Shown piece after piece: positions 1 through 12,066 of a DNA stretch of 64,000 nucleotides. The stretch is from Selaginella moellendorffii (lineage: Eukaryota; Plantae; Lycopodiophyta): the NCBI RefSeq assembly GCF_000143415.4, contig NW_003314281.1, forward strand, positions 1,275,752 to 1,339,751, read 5' to 3'. The position numbers and the translations under genes are program-made. How positions within the stretch are numbered: the stretch's first letter is position 1; every line of letters begins with the position of its first letter. The notes below the pieces were generated by a model. It worked only from the letters and a program-made list of their open reading frames with translations, did not search any database and had not been told where the DNA came from.

Positions 1-520
1 AGGATCTCAAAGAGGAAGATTATTTTGCATGATTCGACGAAGTTTCATCACTTAGAGAATGGTGCTTGCTACTGGTAAATTTAGAGGCATCTTATTTCGC
101 TGCCAAGTAATTTTCCAAATTTTAGGATCGTTTGGTAGACTCTAGACCATGGACAAAGATGGTTTCATCAGACACTATTGACGTCAAAGCAAGCGTGACG
201 CCCAACATGGAGAAAAAGAATCTCTTACGAACTATGCAAAGAAACAGGAAGTCGGGGATTAAGGCAACATGCATTGGGTGGGAGGAACCCTGAGCCTAGC
301 GACCATCACAGCCAGAACTATAAGAACAATCGTCCACAGGTGGCCAGATGTGAAATCGCAGGGAATGAAACCCCGGGATTCATCACAAAAAAAAGGTGGC
401 AAAGGTGATTCAAAAAGTCGGAAGAACAAAAAATGCAGCATGCAAAGCACCCGACTTCATAACTTTAATAAAGGCGAGAGCATCAGATATTTTACGCCAG
501 CCTGACGTGCATATATACAC
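1..520 (+). repeat. Inverted copy of the 19400-20342 segment, with an internal deletion
   Basis: 1-365 is the near-identical reverse complement of ~19978-20342; both carry the same MHWVGGTLSLATITARTIRTIVHRWP ORF. ~390-500 matches the reverse complement of ~19405-19512. The ~460 bp between those two matches is missing from this copy. Confidence 0.9.
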
Positions 521-3500
521 CCCACATATCTAACAGTTAAAAAGACTAGAAGAAGGTAGTTAGCTTTTTTACCTGTATTGTGGTAGAAGCTGCTGAAGAA
601 GAGGGATGAAATTGATCTTTGTAACTACCTCTGTGAAAATAGAAAGCATTTGCTTAGAGCCCCTTGTGTAGTTGGCTTTCAGTTCCGTTAAAGCCTTCTC
701 CAACCTTTCCAAGTTCTTTGTCACGTCTTTTATGTTGTTTTCCAAGTCCTCTCTCTCCATCCTCATGTCTACCACCATTTCACATGGCGTATCCCAAGTT
801 ATTTGAAAAACCCACAAGTAAAGTTCTAGTCAGTTCAACTAATCCAACTTACATGGAGGCGTTGCCCTGAACAAGTGATCGAGTGCAGGGCTGGAAATTT
901 GGGAAATGTGCACCCTGACTTACATCGATCCTATTCGCATACTGAGATCCAACGGCCGAGATTGAATTATGGAACTTCTTGGTTAAAAAGCATAAGCGAT
1001 TCTTCGGGCGGCTATTTAATGGAGCACGATCATAGATATTCTGGGCAATCTAAGGCATGAAGCCAATCCCCCACGTCTGTGGGCTTGGATTAATAATTGG
1101 CTTCGGAACCACTACACGCATCGATTATTTGAGGTATCACTGTGGAAAGTCCTCTTTTCATGTTCTTGAATCCATATTTTCTCCTAGAAGAAGAAGCATC
1201 GCCCCAGCCGATGAGCTGAATCCAAAGCATAGAGCAGCATTTGTGCAGCTGCCTTTTTGTAGTCAGGCTACATTCTTCTATAGGACTCCTTCATAAACAT
1301 TTCCCATTCGCAAGAAAGCTCCTTCAATGAGGTAGTGATCAAGCAGGCCAAAAAGGAGCCTCTCACTTGCTCACCACCAATTGGAACAACAAAATTTAAA
1401 ATTTCTCAACTACTTCGAGGAGGGCTACCTCCCAACGTTACTGTGGTAGAGGGCGATCCGTCCATAGATTGCAAGCCATGGGGCAGGAAGAGGCTTGCGG
1501 TTAAGCTGCAGCTGGCTACACTAGCATTGAAAGAGTCCAAGAAGCCAGAGAGATGCCGAGAGGAGATTCCTTCCATGCTGCGTGCGAGGTATATGAAGTT
1601 TACGCATATTTGTGTCCTCATAATGAGTGAGCTCCTGATCTTTGAAGGCACATGAAGAACACCTGGGCTTCACAAGCTACTTTGACCTGGGTGATGAAGC
1701 TGGTATCTGTCAGGTCGGAAGGCATTGCTACTCAAATCCAAATAGAGATGTCTTGCAGTGCAGGTACCTTTCCTCCTGCTTCTGGATCAGAGGATGCTCG
1801 CAGGAAAGCTATGAGTCCACCTTGTTTTGGGGAATGGAAGCTAAGCTTAGTGTTACAAAACTTTACTTGTTTCTTTTAGTACTCTTTTAGGGACAACATG
1901 ATTATAGCAGACACAAAGCATGTACAATCTATATTGTAATACAATGGAAACATTTCAAACACTTGACAATTCTGAGCGTATGCAGACAGAAAGGTATTCC
2001 ACCCCACACAATTGGTTCCACTAGATGTTCCAAAGGCATTCCACTCCAATATATCCTCTCAGATTCCTATTGTTGGCTTATGCTACAAGAATGAGGTCAT
2101 CGACATCACATTCCAGAGCATACACATCAATTAAAAGAAATTTGATTTTCTTGGTCGATTTACCTACTTGGCTTTTTCAAACAAACAATATTACGTTTAT
2201 AATGTTACAAGAGATAACATCCCATAATGTATAAGAAAATCATATCTGCATTATCATTTTCTCTAGACTTGGCATGGAGATTTGAGAGCTCAAAGATCCA
2301 TCATTCATCCAAAAGAATACTAAAATCGCTCATAAGCCAAAAGAAGACACCTTGAGCAATTCCAGTTGCACTGGATTCTTGACGCCCTTGAGGATGCTAG
2401 ATCTGTGCCAGGGCAATAGTGAGAGTTGGAGGCCGCGGCCACCAGGAAATTTGACTGGGGGCGCAGCAGTCGAGTATGCTGATGGCATATGTCCAAAGTG
2501 TGAATTTCTACGTGTGTGGAATGCCCACATAGAAAACATATTGAGGCATCTCTTCTATCACATTGGTCGCTGATTCCAATTGGTACCAAGGGCTATTCCA
2601 GTTGGTACCACAAAGCCTACTCTGGGCACGTGGAGGCCAAAACAATCTCTGAAAGAATGCCAAAGTGGGAGCTATTGATGTGGAACTCCAGTAGGTGTCC
2701 AGAGAGGCATTGAGGCTTTTTATAAGCATGCCTCAACAAGCTACCAGGGCCCAAAAGCTAGATAACTTGGAAGAATGTCGAACTCCCTTCAATTCCATGC
2801 CAGAGCATCCTTTTCATTGTGATGTACTACAATACATGACCTCGTCAAGAGAGCTTAACATGATTAATGGAACCGCAAGTCTTCAATCCTCCACTATTTT
2901 GGAGAACCTATCGCTGGTGCTAGGGCATTTGAAAGTATTTACTTATTAAATATTCAATTTTAAAGGGTAACACACAAAGCTACAAGAAATTATGTTGTTT
3001 GTAGTATTCTGTTCAAGTAAAGCATAGAGGGACCAAGAGTGATAAAGAAATCAATTTGCATCCATTGTATTGTAGTCTAATGCTTCCAGTTGGGTGTCAG
3101 ATGACCTTTAAAAAACATGTAATGGTAATAGGAATGATGATTGGTTAAAGATCGCTATGCTTAGAATTCACTATGTTATGATCCCCACCTTAGAATTCTG
3201 CCATTGACAGTTGGAGCCATGTCTAACAGTCAAGTTGAGCATGGCATTTCTGGCAGTTCCATTCAAACTTGCTCTGTTGTTGATTGTGTACAATGTCCAT
3301 CTAAAAACCTCTCAATCTAAACTTCTTTTGAACGAAATTTGACTAAATCTTTTTTATTTCAAAAGAGATATAGCCATGGTGGTTGGTGGTTTTATGTGAG
3401 CTTGTAAATGCATCAACTCAGTGTAACAGGGAAATTTGGATATTTTCAAAATTGCATTATACAATCATAGTGTACCCTTCTTGACAATGTTTTGGCCTGA

Positions 3501-4103
3501 AGTGCATCCAGAAATTTGGCTGGGATCTTAGGTGGGTGTCCCAATATGTTTAGGTCCTTAACAATATATATCACTCGGGTATGTAAATTGTTTGCTCAGC
3601 TCTTGATAAAGTTGACCTTCTTTATGCTCAACACAAGTGTGTTGTTTTTCTACCATGTCACTCACTCTCTCCATATTTCCTTGACTTGACTAAGCCAGAG
3701 ATCCTATGGGCAATTTGGACTTTCTACCATCATTGATTATATAATTGCTTCACCAAAGGAGAATGGCTTTTTTTCAATGATACTAAGTAAGGCTTGATTC
3801 ACATTAATTTCTGGCTCTTGCAACACCAAGCAAGTTGTAGAATAGTCCATACTCAAATGTCATGATCACTACATGGAAACAGTAAGTTTAGTTTGATCCC
3901 TGAAAAAACAACACAAGCAATTTGACCTGGCCAGCTATAGTAGATAATTAGGAACACATCAGAGATTTCTTGGAGAATAATGCTATAACGCTGCTTCCTG
4001 TCAAAGTAATCTATGATGTTTGGAGAGTTTGATTGTGTAATCTTAAAGTGTGTGCAACCTATCGCTCTTGCAAGTAAACCGTTAGAACAATGCAAGAAGA
4101 GAA

Positions 4104-4451
4104 TTAGTTTTTACCTACAACATTTACTAGCTTGATGTGAGTCACATCACAAAACTCTTGGCTGATACCTTCAAGACTCCGAGCGCTTTGCAAGCTTCCA
4201 CATACCGAGTACATATGGACGAGAGCCACGAAATCGTGCGATGCTTCGTCACTGTCCAAGCGAAAGTGGATCTCCGTGCCGATCTCTAGCTGCTTGAGAG
4301 TGCTGCAAGCCTTGAGCGCTGCGGGGATCAAAGAAATGCCTGGAGCTGATCCTTTTTCTCGCATTCTTGAGTAGAGTTCGAGCGTTTCTTGGTCTGATGG
4401 AAGAACGTTAGAGCTATCTTTGGTGCCGAGAGCCTCGAGCTTGATTGGCAC
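4104..4451 (-). pseudogene. PLS-class pentatricopeptide repeat (PPR) gene fragment
   Basis: Translation LELYSRMREKGSAPG..AALKACSTLKQLEIGTEIH..ALVHMYSVCGSLQSARS matches the PLS PPR consensus. Only about 2 degenerate repeats are present. Confidence 0.75.
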
Positions 4452-4716
4452 CCAGCTCGGGCAGCCGCAGGAATCAATCCACAGGCCTTCCCACGTGAAG
4501 ACGTGGACGAAATCTGGATCCTTGGGAGATTTCTACACGGAAAAAGAGTCGTGTTAGCTTACCTTGGATGATCTCTGACCACTTTGCTGGATAGTCCAAC
4601 AGCTGCTGCCATTTCCGCTCTTCCGATCTGGCTGTGTGCTGCTCTCTCGAATTCCCAGAACCATTCTTCTCCTCTTCTCTGTAAAAGAAATCGCTCCGAA
4701 TTTCAAACATCTCTAA

Positions 4717-4788
4717 GCATCAGTAGTCCAACGGTTAGGATAATTGCCTTCCAAGCAATAGACCCGGGTTCGACTCCCGGCTGATGCA
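4717..4788 (+). tRNA. tRNA-Gly (anticodon TCC)
   Basis: 72-nt cloverleaf: acceptor stem GCATCAG/CTGATGC, anticodon arm ATTGC-CTTCCAA-GCAAT, T-arm CCGGG-TTCGACT-CCCGG. Followed by a TTTTT Pol III terminator. Confidence 0.97.
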
Positions 4789-5519
4789 ATTTTTAAACAA
4801 CTCCAATCTCGGCATGTACCTGTTGTGGGCCTTGTCACCAAGCCGCTGGGGAAGAGATCTGCGGAAGGGATGGTTCTCCATGGCGGGAAGGCGTGCCGCT
4901 TGTGGTGGATGGGCATCGCGTCTCGGAGCTCTGTGGGAGAGGACTCGCGAAGATCCGCTGCGGATCACGGGGAGGAGTGAAGTGCCACGGCTTGTGCGAT
5001 GCCAGGAAGTTGTGCCTGAAGTTTATGCTGTTCTCAAGAGCATGCCTCGGACTGAGAGCCTCAGGCGTTTCACAGGCCGCACTCACATCGAGGGAGTGTA
5101 ACTATATGTTGGAATCACTTAAGACCTATGATCCAAACTATGCCATTTAATCAAAAAGCTTGGGCAAGCGACAGTGACAACGATCCCACGACGCCGCCGC
5201 TCATGCGCAGGATCACTCCAAGTTCAGCTTTTAGATTCTCCGACCATGACTCCCGCATTGACACCATTACATAATTGCCACCAACTATAGAGAATATCAG
5301 TGTTTTGTATTGGCTATGTTTTTGTTTGCTGACAGTGTTTTTATTTCCCTTTGGTTCTAGAAATTAGTCTGGTTTGTTTGACCAGAACAGTCAACGGCGA
5401 GCCGGCATAGTCAACGGCAAGGAGAGGTACAGTCAACGACATGGATATCTTAAGTTGACACCAACATAAGACTTGAAGTTTGTATCCATTCCAGTCATTT
5501 GGTAAAGTCTAGGAAGAGT

Positions 5520-7335
5520 TTAGCTAGCCCATGCAGGAAGGGGGCACTCAAACGACCACTCCTCGCAAGAATATTGCACACAATGCAGCCATAGCCCGTC
5601 GGAGTCGTCGTCATAGCCCGACGGTCCCAAGCGTGGACAATGCGTACACAGTGGATCCGTCTCAAAACTTGGTTCTTCTCGATCATCGTCGACCTTCCTG
5701 GAATCTGATCAACAGAAAGGTGTCATTCGAAAGAAAGAAGAGAATGAAGTGATAAGAGCTTGTTTGTTTACCTTGTGCCTGTTGCTGGCGGCTCATGCCA
5801 CTCCTTGCTGCCGAGTCTGCTGTTCCACCCCTTTTAGAGCGTTTTGGAGGATTTTCATGAAGGTAAAGATCGTCGTTGGCGATGGGGTGTTTTAAGTGCT
5901 GCAAATGGACGCGTATCTAGAATGTGAGAGGAAAAAGCTTAGCAAACGAATCAAGAGACTAAGTTTCTTGCCTGGTGAGTTCTTCCTGTCAGAGGTTTGC
6001 ATTCAACGATGCTGGACACTCCATCCGTGCTTAGACGCACAAACCTCGTACAAGCTTCTTTCCCTTTGCTATCCTGTTCTTCGCAAACCTGAAAAACGTG
6101 AGAGCTGCAGTAAGCAACTGCTAACAATTGTGATGTTTACCTCCACAGTGCTCCTCCCTTCCCGTGCATCGTAATGAACAGCAGCATTCACCACCACCTG
6201 AGAAAAATCTTACAAGAGCGTCATCGAGAGCGGTTTTTTACCTCTTCTTCTGGAAACACGCCAGTTACTTTAGCAACGTATACTTTGCGAACTCTACCAT
6301 TCTCGATCTGCAAGCATCACACAAAGACGTATAGCAAAATTTAAAAAGCGAAGGAAGCTTACGTCCTGCCGAAACTTGTCCGCTTTCACAGCGCTTTTGG
6401 CGAAAATAAGAAGCCCAGAAACAAGACGATCGAGCCTGTGAACAGCTGATAGAAAATAAACGAGTTGAAAGAAAAATAGCATGAAAAGAGCTAGTTTACG
6501 GAATAAAGGTCCGGTGTTGTGCTCTGCTTGCAGGATGCCAAGCACAGTGTTCTTGCGGTACTGCCCGCAAGTATGGACCTGAAGAACAATAGTGGTGTTC
6601 AAAGTTTTCTTCCTTGCAAGTAGTAGAATTTTTTGGCACTCACTGGTATAGATGCTGGCTTGCATACTGTGAGAACTTCGGGTCCCTCGTGGAGAATTAC
6701 AATACTCTCGGCCAGAACCGGTGGCTCATGCCTGGCTATCAAAATGGGAAAGCAGACTAGAAATCAATGGAAGGACTTTAGAAGTGATGTGAAGCACCTG
6801 TGAACAAAGTGGCTCAGTTTCTGTGTCGTTCGAACTCTATATTCACTCTCACATTTTTTATCCTCTAACAAAATCCGGCCTGATCGAACAGCATCAACCT
6901 GCAAGAACAATGCCAGGTTTGATCTTTGCTTTCCAAGGAAAAACTCACATAATACTCATACGGCCTTTGCCTGAATTCGTCGGCAAACATGTCCACGATT
7001 GTCTTTCCAGACCATCGCTGCTTCACCTGAGCAACGAGAAAAAGAGAGATCAAAATCAAGTTTTTCTTTCGAAATCGGAGAAACAAAAAAAGGAGAGAAG
7101 GTTTTCTTTCCAAACCACTTACAAGCGCAATGAACTGGGAGCCAGAAAAAAAAGATAGATAGAAACCACTTACATGAGCAATGAACTCGAAATAATACGG
7201 TAGCACGAATCGCTTTCCTGTGACACAATGAAATGCAGGCGCTAGCTCACGGCCAGAAAATTCCATCGTTTTCTTACCGCCCACGATGATGTAATGCGAG
7301 GGAAGGATGGGCGTGTCGGGGTTCTCCCACTCCAT
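5520..7335 (-). CDS. RluA-family RNA pseudouridine synthase (plant RNA pseudouridine synthase 7-like), multi-exon
   Basis: Exons encode [61 protein letters not shown], the catalytic [16 protein letters not shown], and the C-terminal [32 protein letters not shown] (stop 5520-5522). Confidence 0.9.
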
Positions 7336-7429
7336 TGCTGTCTAAACCCTAAACGTAGTTTAAAACATAATTATATCTTATCAATATTTTATCTATTCCG
7401 AGTTAACGCTGTTTAGGGTTTCTTTAGCT
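7336..7429. promoter_or_regulatory. 94-bp bidirectional promoter with two inverted telo-boxes
   Basis: Divergent ATGs at 7335 and 7430. AAACCCTA at 7344-7351 and TAGGGTTT at 7414-7421. Confidence 0.6.
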
Positions 7430-9010
7430 ATGGAGGGAACGCGCGATCGTGAGCCCCAGGAGATCTCCCGGCTCTTGGAGGTAATGCGCATTGGATTTTC
7501 ATTCTCACTCCATCTCCTCAGGCGCTCAGAGTGCCGCGGGAGCTCACGAGGTCCTACGCGAGCAGCCAGGAGCAAGACGGTGCCAGGGCCGAGTTCCTGG
7601 CGTCGTCGCGCGAGGCGCTGGTCGCCCTGAGAGCAGCGCTTGTGTCTGGGAAATGGGACAAGCCTCGCGAGAGAGAGGTGATCTCTACGCTCGCTAATTT
7701 TGCTTGTGGCGAAGTGGAGTGGACGACGGACGAGCTCAGGGAGATTGCAGTCAGTGCGATCGATTGTCTCGGCTCGTCTAGGCAGCAGCTGGTTTTGGAT
7801 CACTTGCGAGAACTCTTGCTGGAGATCCACGCAAGTTTGAGGCATGGAACAAGAGAGGCCACTGCTCAAAGCTTGTATGAAGAAGGGCATTCTTCTCGAG
7901 ACGCTTCAAATGACATCGTTCTGGCGCATCAAATGTCTTGGATACTTTCGCAGGTAAGTCTTTGTTCTCCATCTAGCTCAAAGTCGGAAGTTTTTGGATT
8001 ATCTTTCTTTGTAGATTGGCCATCCTCATCTCGGCAAGCACTGCCAAATTATCATGCCCTGTGTTCTCACAGCTTTAGATCACTACTCACCTCCAATCAA
8101 GGTACATTCTCTTTTACAGTTTTTCCTCAGCTTGTTCCTTTTTTTTTCTCCTGTAGCGCCAAGGATTGGAATGCTGTCTCCATTTGGAGCAGGGCATGAA
8201 CTCCACCGAGCTGAGGTGGTACAAAGACGTTCTACTCGATGCCGTATGTCAAAACATCGCTGGATGCGACGAGTTGTGGCCGCTGGTCGTGAAAACTGCT
8301 GTTCGCCTTGTGACGCGTATAGAAGGACGGAATCCCGCTCGCCTTGGTAAGACGAAAGCTCCTTTTTGAGTTTGATCAGGAAAAATCTCTAAGGCATCCA
8401 CACAGGTACAGGAAAATCCTGGCTGAGATGCTGGGTGAGCTTGAGAGGCATCCGGACGACAAGGAGAAAACGAATGTGTTCCTCCAAGAGATCGGACCTC
8501 AACTCAAGGCGATGGGTCTTGTGTTGGTCGCTCTTTTCAAGAGACTGTTCGCTCTTCTCTTCTACTGGCTTGACACTGGAGACAAAAGGACGTCCATTCT
8601 GGTGAGAATTCAACGGAAATTACGTTCCTTCGTCCTGATGACAATTTTTTTTCTTCGCGTAGGTTCTTTCTTGCTTGCGGGCTGTGATTACTCACACTTG
8701 GGTCCGAATACCGCATCTTGCAAACAGGTTCGTGTTAGCATTCTCTTATTTCCTGACAATCTCGCAAATGTTCCGAATGAGCAGTATCTGGGAGCAGGCC
8801 GTGAAGCTGCATTGTAAAGTCGCGGACTTGGAAGTACGCGCGGCTGTTGCCGAGACGGCGTGCTATCTAATTGAGTAAGAACTTCCACACGCAAATTCTA
8901 AAATCTTTCATTTATCGATCTCTCTCAGGTGCGTTGGTCAGGAGATTTTGGAGACTCACCAGGACGACGTAGAATTGGTGGCTGCAGTAAAATCTATAAA
9001 AGCTTATTAA
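7430..9010 (+). CDS. ARM/HEAT-repeat protein, TTI2 (TELO2-interacting protein 2)/At2g39910-like, multi-exon
   Basis: The spliced frame is open from MEGTRDREPQEISRLLE through IGHPHLGKHCQIIMPCVLTALDHYSPPIK, ELRWYKDVLLDAVCQNIAGCDELW, LFALLFYWL and VITHTWVRI to ..VKSIKAY* (9008-9010). Family assignment is from recalled similarity. Confidence 0.75.
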
Positions 9011-9247
9011 GCCCAAACTCCCAAAACTTAACTAAACGTGAGCGCCAAATTTCCTTTTTGGTCGAAAGCCACCACCTTTCATTTCAATGCACCACGACCG
9101 TTGACGGCACGAGCGTTTCTAGACACCTTCGGATGCTTCCATGAATTATAAACAATCCATCACGGCCAGCTGGAAAACAGAAGGTAAACCCTCTAGCAAG
9201 TTTTCGGGGAATATCTCCGAACAAGCTCACTAGGGCTGGAGCAAACA

Positions 9248-9529
9248 ATGGAGTGGAGCGATCAGGATCCAAAGAGCAACTCATCCATGGGTCGGGAGCA
9301 GCAGCGGCGGCGGCGGCGGCAACGAAAGCGCGGGCATGTCAAGGCGGCTATCTTTTCGTCACTCCTCCAATCTGTTTGCTCGCTCTGTTCCCAGGTCAAG
9401 GAATCCATCGCCGCCAGCGATTGCTCCGGCTCCTTTCGAGCTCTCTCCTTTTCTTCCAGCAAATGTTGCAGCTCTAGATCGGGAGATCTGGGCGAGGATG
9501 AAGATCACAGCAGCAGATTGATCGGATGA
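9248..9529 (+). CDS. Small uncharacterised protein (93 aa) with KRGHVKAAI motif
   Basis: Single-exon ORF. A basic stretch precedes KRGHVKAAIFSSL, followed by a Ser-rich tail. The motif is shared with the neighbouring ORF at 10311. Confidence 0.55.
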   Translation: MEWSDQDPKSNSSMGREQQRRRRRQRKRGHVKAAIFSSLLQSVCSLCSQVKESIAASDCSGSFRALSFSSSKCCSSRSGDLGEDEDHSSRLIG

Positions 9530-10310
9530 CCGAACGGCGGCTTAGTCAACCTAGTGAGAAAGACTAAAGCATATCTGAAAGAGTCGTCTCGCATTAGATG
9601 ACGAGTCAATGTGTCAGATTTGTCTAGAAGCCTGGAGTTTCAAGATTTCACGAGGTTAATTGTTTGACCGGCACAGTCTACAACCCGGTCAATCCAGTCA
9701 GTAAGATTGTTCTCTGTGTCAATGCAATTGGTCAATGTGTAATTTTTCTCTAGGGGAGTTTTAGTCAAATCCAGACTTCACTAGGTGTTCCCTGCCTGAT
9801 TGTTTGACTGATACAGTCAACAGCCCAGCTATTGTTGTTCTACTTCGTCTCGTCTATGTATAAGGAACAAAAGGAAAAGTTAAAGAGGTGGTGGCCACTG
9901 GTTAGTGGGTGCATTTTCAAATGATTTTTTAAAAAGGCAATAAGATCTCACGAGATTTGTCTGGCTAGGCCAAAACAAAAGGCCTGTGGAGGCACGTGCT
10001 TGAATTGGCAGGCCTCCGAGAAGCTTCCTCTGGTGCTGCAGGGAACCTTCGCCAGCTCATTCTCGCCCCTATCATGATGAATGCACCTGGCCAAGACGTT
10101 ACTTGCATTCCACTCCACTCCAAGTTTAAATTCTCGAAGCAATCAACGTGATCAAAATTACCTTGGCGATATTACTTTCATCCGGTCAAAGCCACTAGTA
10201 TATATAAACTGTTTGGTAGCGGGGGTTTTTATCCATACTCTTCTCCATCATTACCTCTCTCTCGCTCTCTCGCTCTCTTCGTGTTCTTCCGAGCTCTATC
10301 GATCGATTCG

Positions 10311-10595
10311 ATGGAAATCTCGAGCAATCTGCGTGATGGGTCCTCGGCCGCGGCAGTGATCGAGCTTCTCAAGAAGGAGCAGCTCAAGAATTCGAGGGCC
10401 AAGCACAGGGTGCCCAGAAGGGGGCAAATCAAGGCCGCCATCGCGGCCTCCATGGCGCACTCCATCGCCTCAGCATTCTCCGAGATCAAGCGGCACCTCA
10501 CGCCCTCTCCCTCGCGATGTCCCTCGTCGTGTGGATCCTCGCTCAGCCGATCCAGCTCCACCGGATCTCACGACTCGTCGACCTTCAGGCTGTGA
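10311..10595 (+). CDS. Small uncharacterised protein (94 aa) with PRRGQIKAAI motif
   Basis: TATATAAA at ~10201, CT-rich 5'UTR, GC3-rich codons. Contains VPRRGQIKAAIAASMAHSI and a Ser-rich tail. Confidence 0.7.
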   Translation: MEISSNLRDGSSAAAVIELLKKEQLKNSRAKHRVPRRGQIKAAIAASMAHSIASAFSEIKRHLTPSPSRCPSSCGSSLSRSSSTGSHDSSTFRL

Positions 10596-10932
10596 TGGAG
10601 TGATCTATAGCAAGATACAAGATCATCAAATTGGGAAATTCTCTTTCTCCAAATCGTCTCCAGCATCTCCAGAGATTGTCCTCGAGTCCGGGTCGTGATC
10701 ACGAGCCATGGCTCCAGCACAAGAACAGAGATGTTTGCATCGCGCAGCAAAAATGATCCATCCAAAGTCTTGTTCATAGCTTGATCAAAAGAATTTGCAA
10801 AGTCAATAAATTTGGTTGACCAGAATATACATTGTCTTTGTTTTTGAATATTCCTAGTTCCAACGTGTTTACTCATTTGAATGAAATGTTTTGGCGCTCA
10901 CGAGACTCTAGGGCAGGAAGAAAGAAGACGCG

Positions 10933-11845
10933 ATGATCGCCAGGGCGAAGGCGCTGCTCAAATCCTGCTACAAGGGAAAGGTTTCCAGGGATTTCCAATC
11001 GATCGCAGCTTCTTTCATCTTCTTTCATCGATCTAAGGTCGAAATCTTTCATCCTGTTTCTCGCAGCTCGATGCGGCCCTAGAGCCAGCCGTAGAGCAGC
11101 CGCCGCAACCAGGGATTCAAGCGATGCCTGAGATTTCCACGCTGCGAGGGCTTCCTTTCCTGATTTCCGCAGCATTCGTGGTGAAGATGGTCCAGGGCAC
11201 CCTCTTTGGCGACAACAGGGTAATCGAGGTGAAGATGAATCCTTTCCTTGGCCAGGAGGACTACCTGGTGTACAAAAGGTTCGAGCAAGCATTCCTCGGC
11301 GCTGCTAGTGCCCAGCCAAAGCTCGGTAAGAGGATGAGATTTTTGAGATTTTTTCTCGACCAATTTTATAAACTTTGATCAATGTGTTTGCAGCCAAGAT
11401 CACGGCTGCCGATTTGGAGAAGTCTACAGGTTTTCAGTACCACAAGTTGAGCGACTGGATTCTCCTCCTCTACCATGGCACTCCGAGCACCAACATCTCT
11501 TCCATCCTCGAGAGTGGATTCGCCACGGTTGCCGCTCGGAGTAAGAACAGATACTGGTTTAGTGGCGACCCATTCGTTTGCACCTCTTACGCCGACGTGG
11601 ACTCCAGCGAGTACTACCTCCTTGCGGTTTTGGTGCTGTATCCACAGAAGGTAATTTCTCGTAAATCTTTTTCTCTAATGTGACCGATTCATAGATGGGA
11701 GATGATGGTACATACGCGGTTACAAAAGAGTTCCAGAGCCACATTCTACCGGTCGCTACGGTAAGGATCCAACGTGCCACTGCGAACAATACAGGTATAG
11801 ACATGTTTTCATATGAATCTAGTCATGGTTTTTTCTTAGGTGTGA
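10933..11845 (+). CDS. Stand-alone PARP/ADP-ribosyltransferase-fold protein
   Basis: Introns 10981-11066, 11326-11393 and 11651-11694 keep the frame. Motifs: LLYHGT..NISSILESGF, YWFSGDPFVCTSYA, LLAVLVL, TYAV..QSHILPVATV. Stop is at 11843-11845 if intron 11761-11839 is spliced, otherwise at 11916. Confidence 0.7.
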
Positions 11846-12066
11846 TCCAAGCTCCTCTGTCGAAGACTTACCTGGAGCTTGTGCGAATTTTACAATCACG
11901 ATCACCAGTGAAGTGATGGTTTCCTGGAGGTATTATCTTCGTAGTTTTGTTGAGTCCCCCAGATATTGAGTTTTCAAAACGCTGCATAGGTACCGAGCTC
12001 GGAAATGCCCATGATCGACTGTTTGCTACAAAAAAAAAACTCTCAAAAGCTGGAAAATAAGGATGA

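Noticed and set aside
560-4100. Possible gene(s): coiled-coil exon 569-817 and coding-like minus-strand stretches
   Set aside because: Many stops and no recognisable motif, so I cannot support a call.
4784-5150. ORFs downstream of the tRNA as a tRNA-derived SINE or gene
   Set aside because: The tRNA is intact with its own terminator. There is no poly-A tail, TSD or recognisable protein motif.
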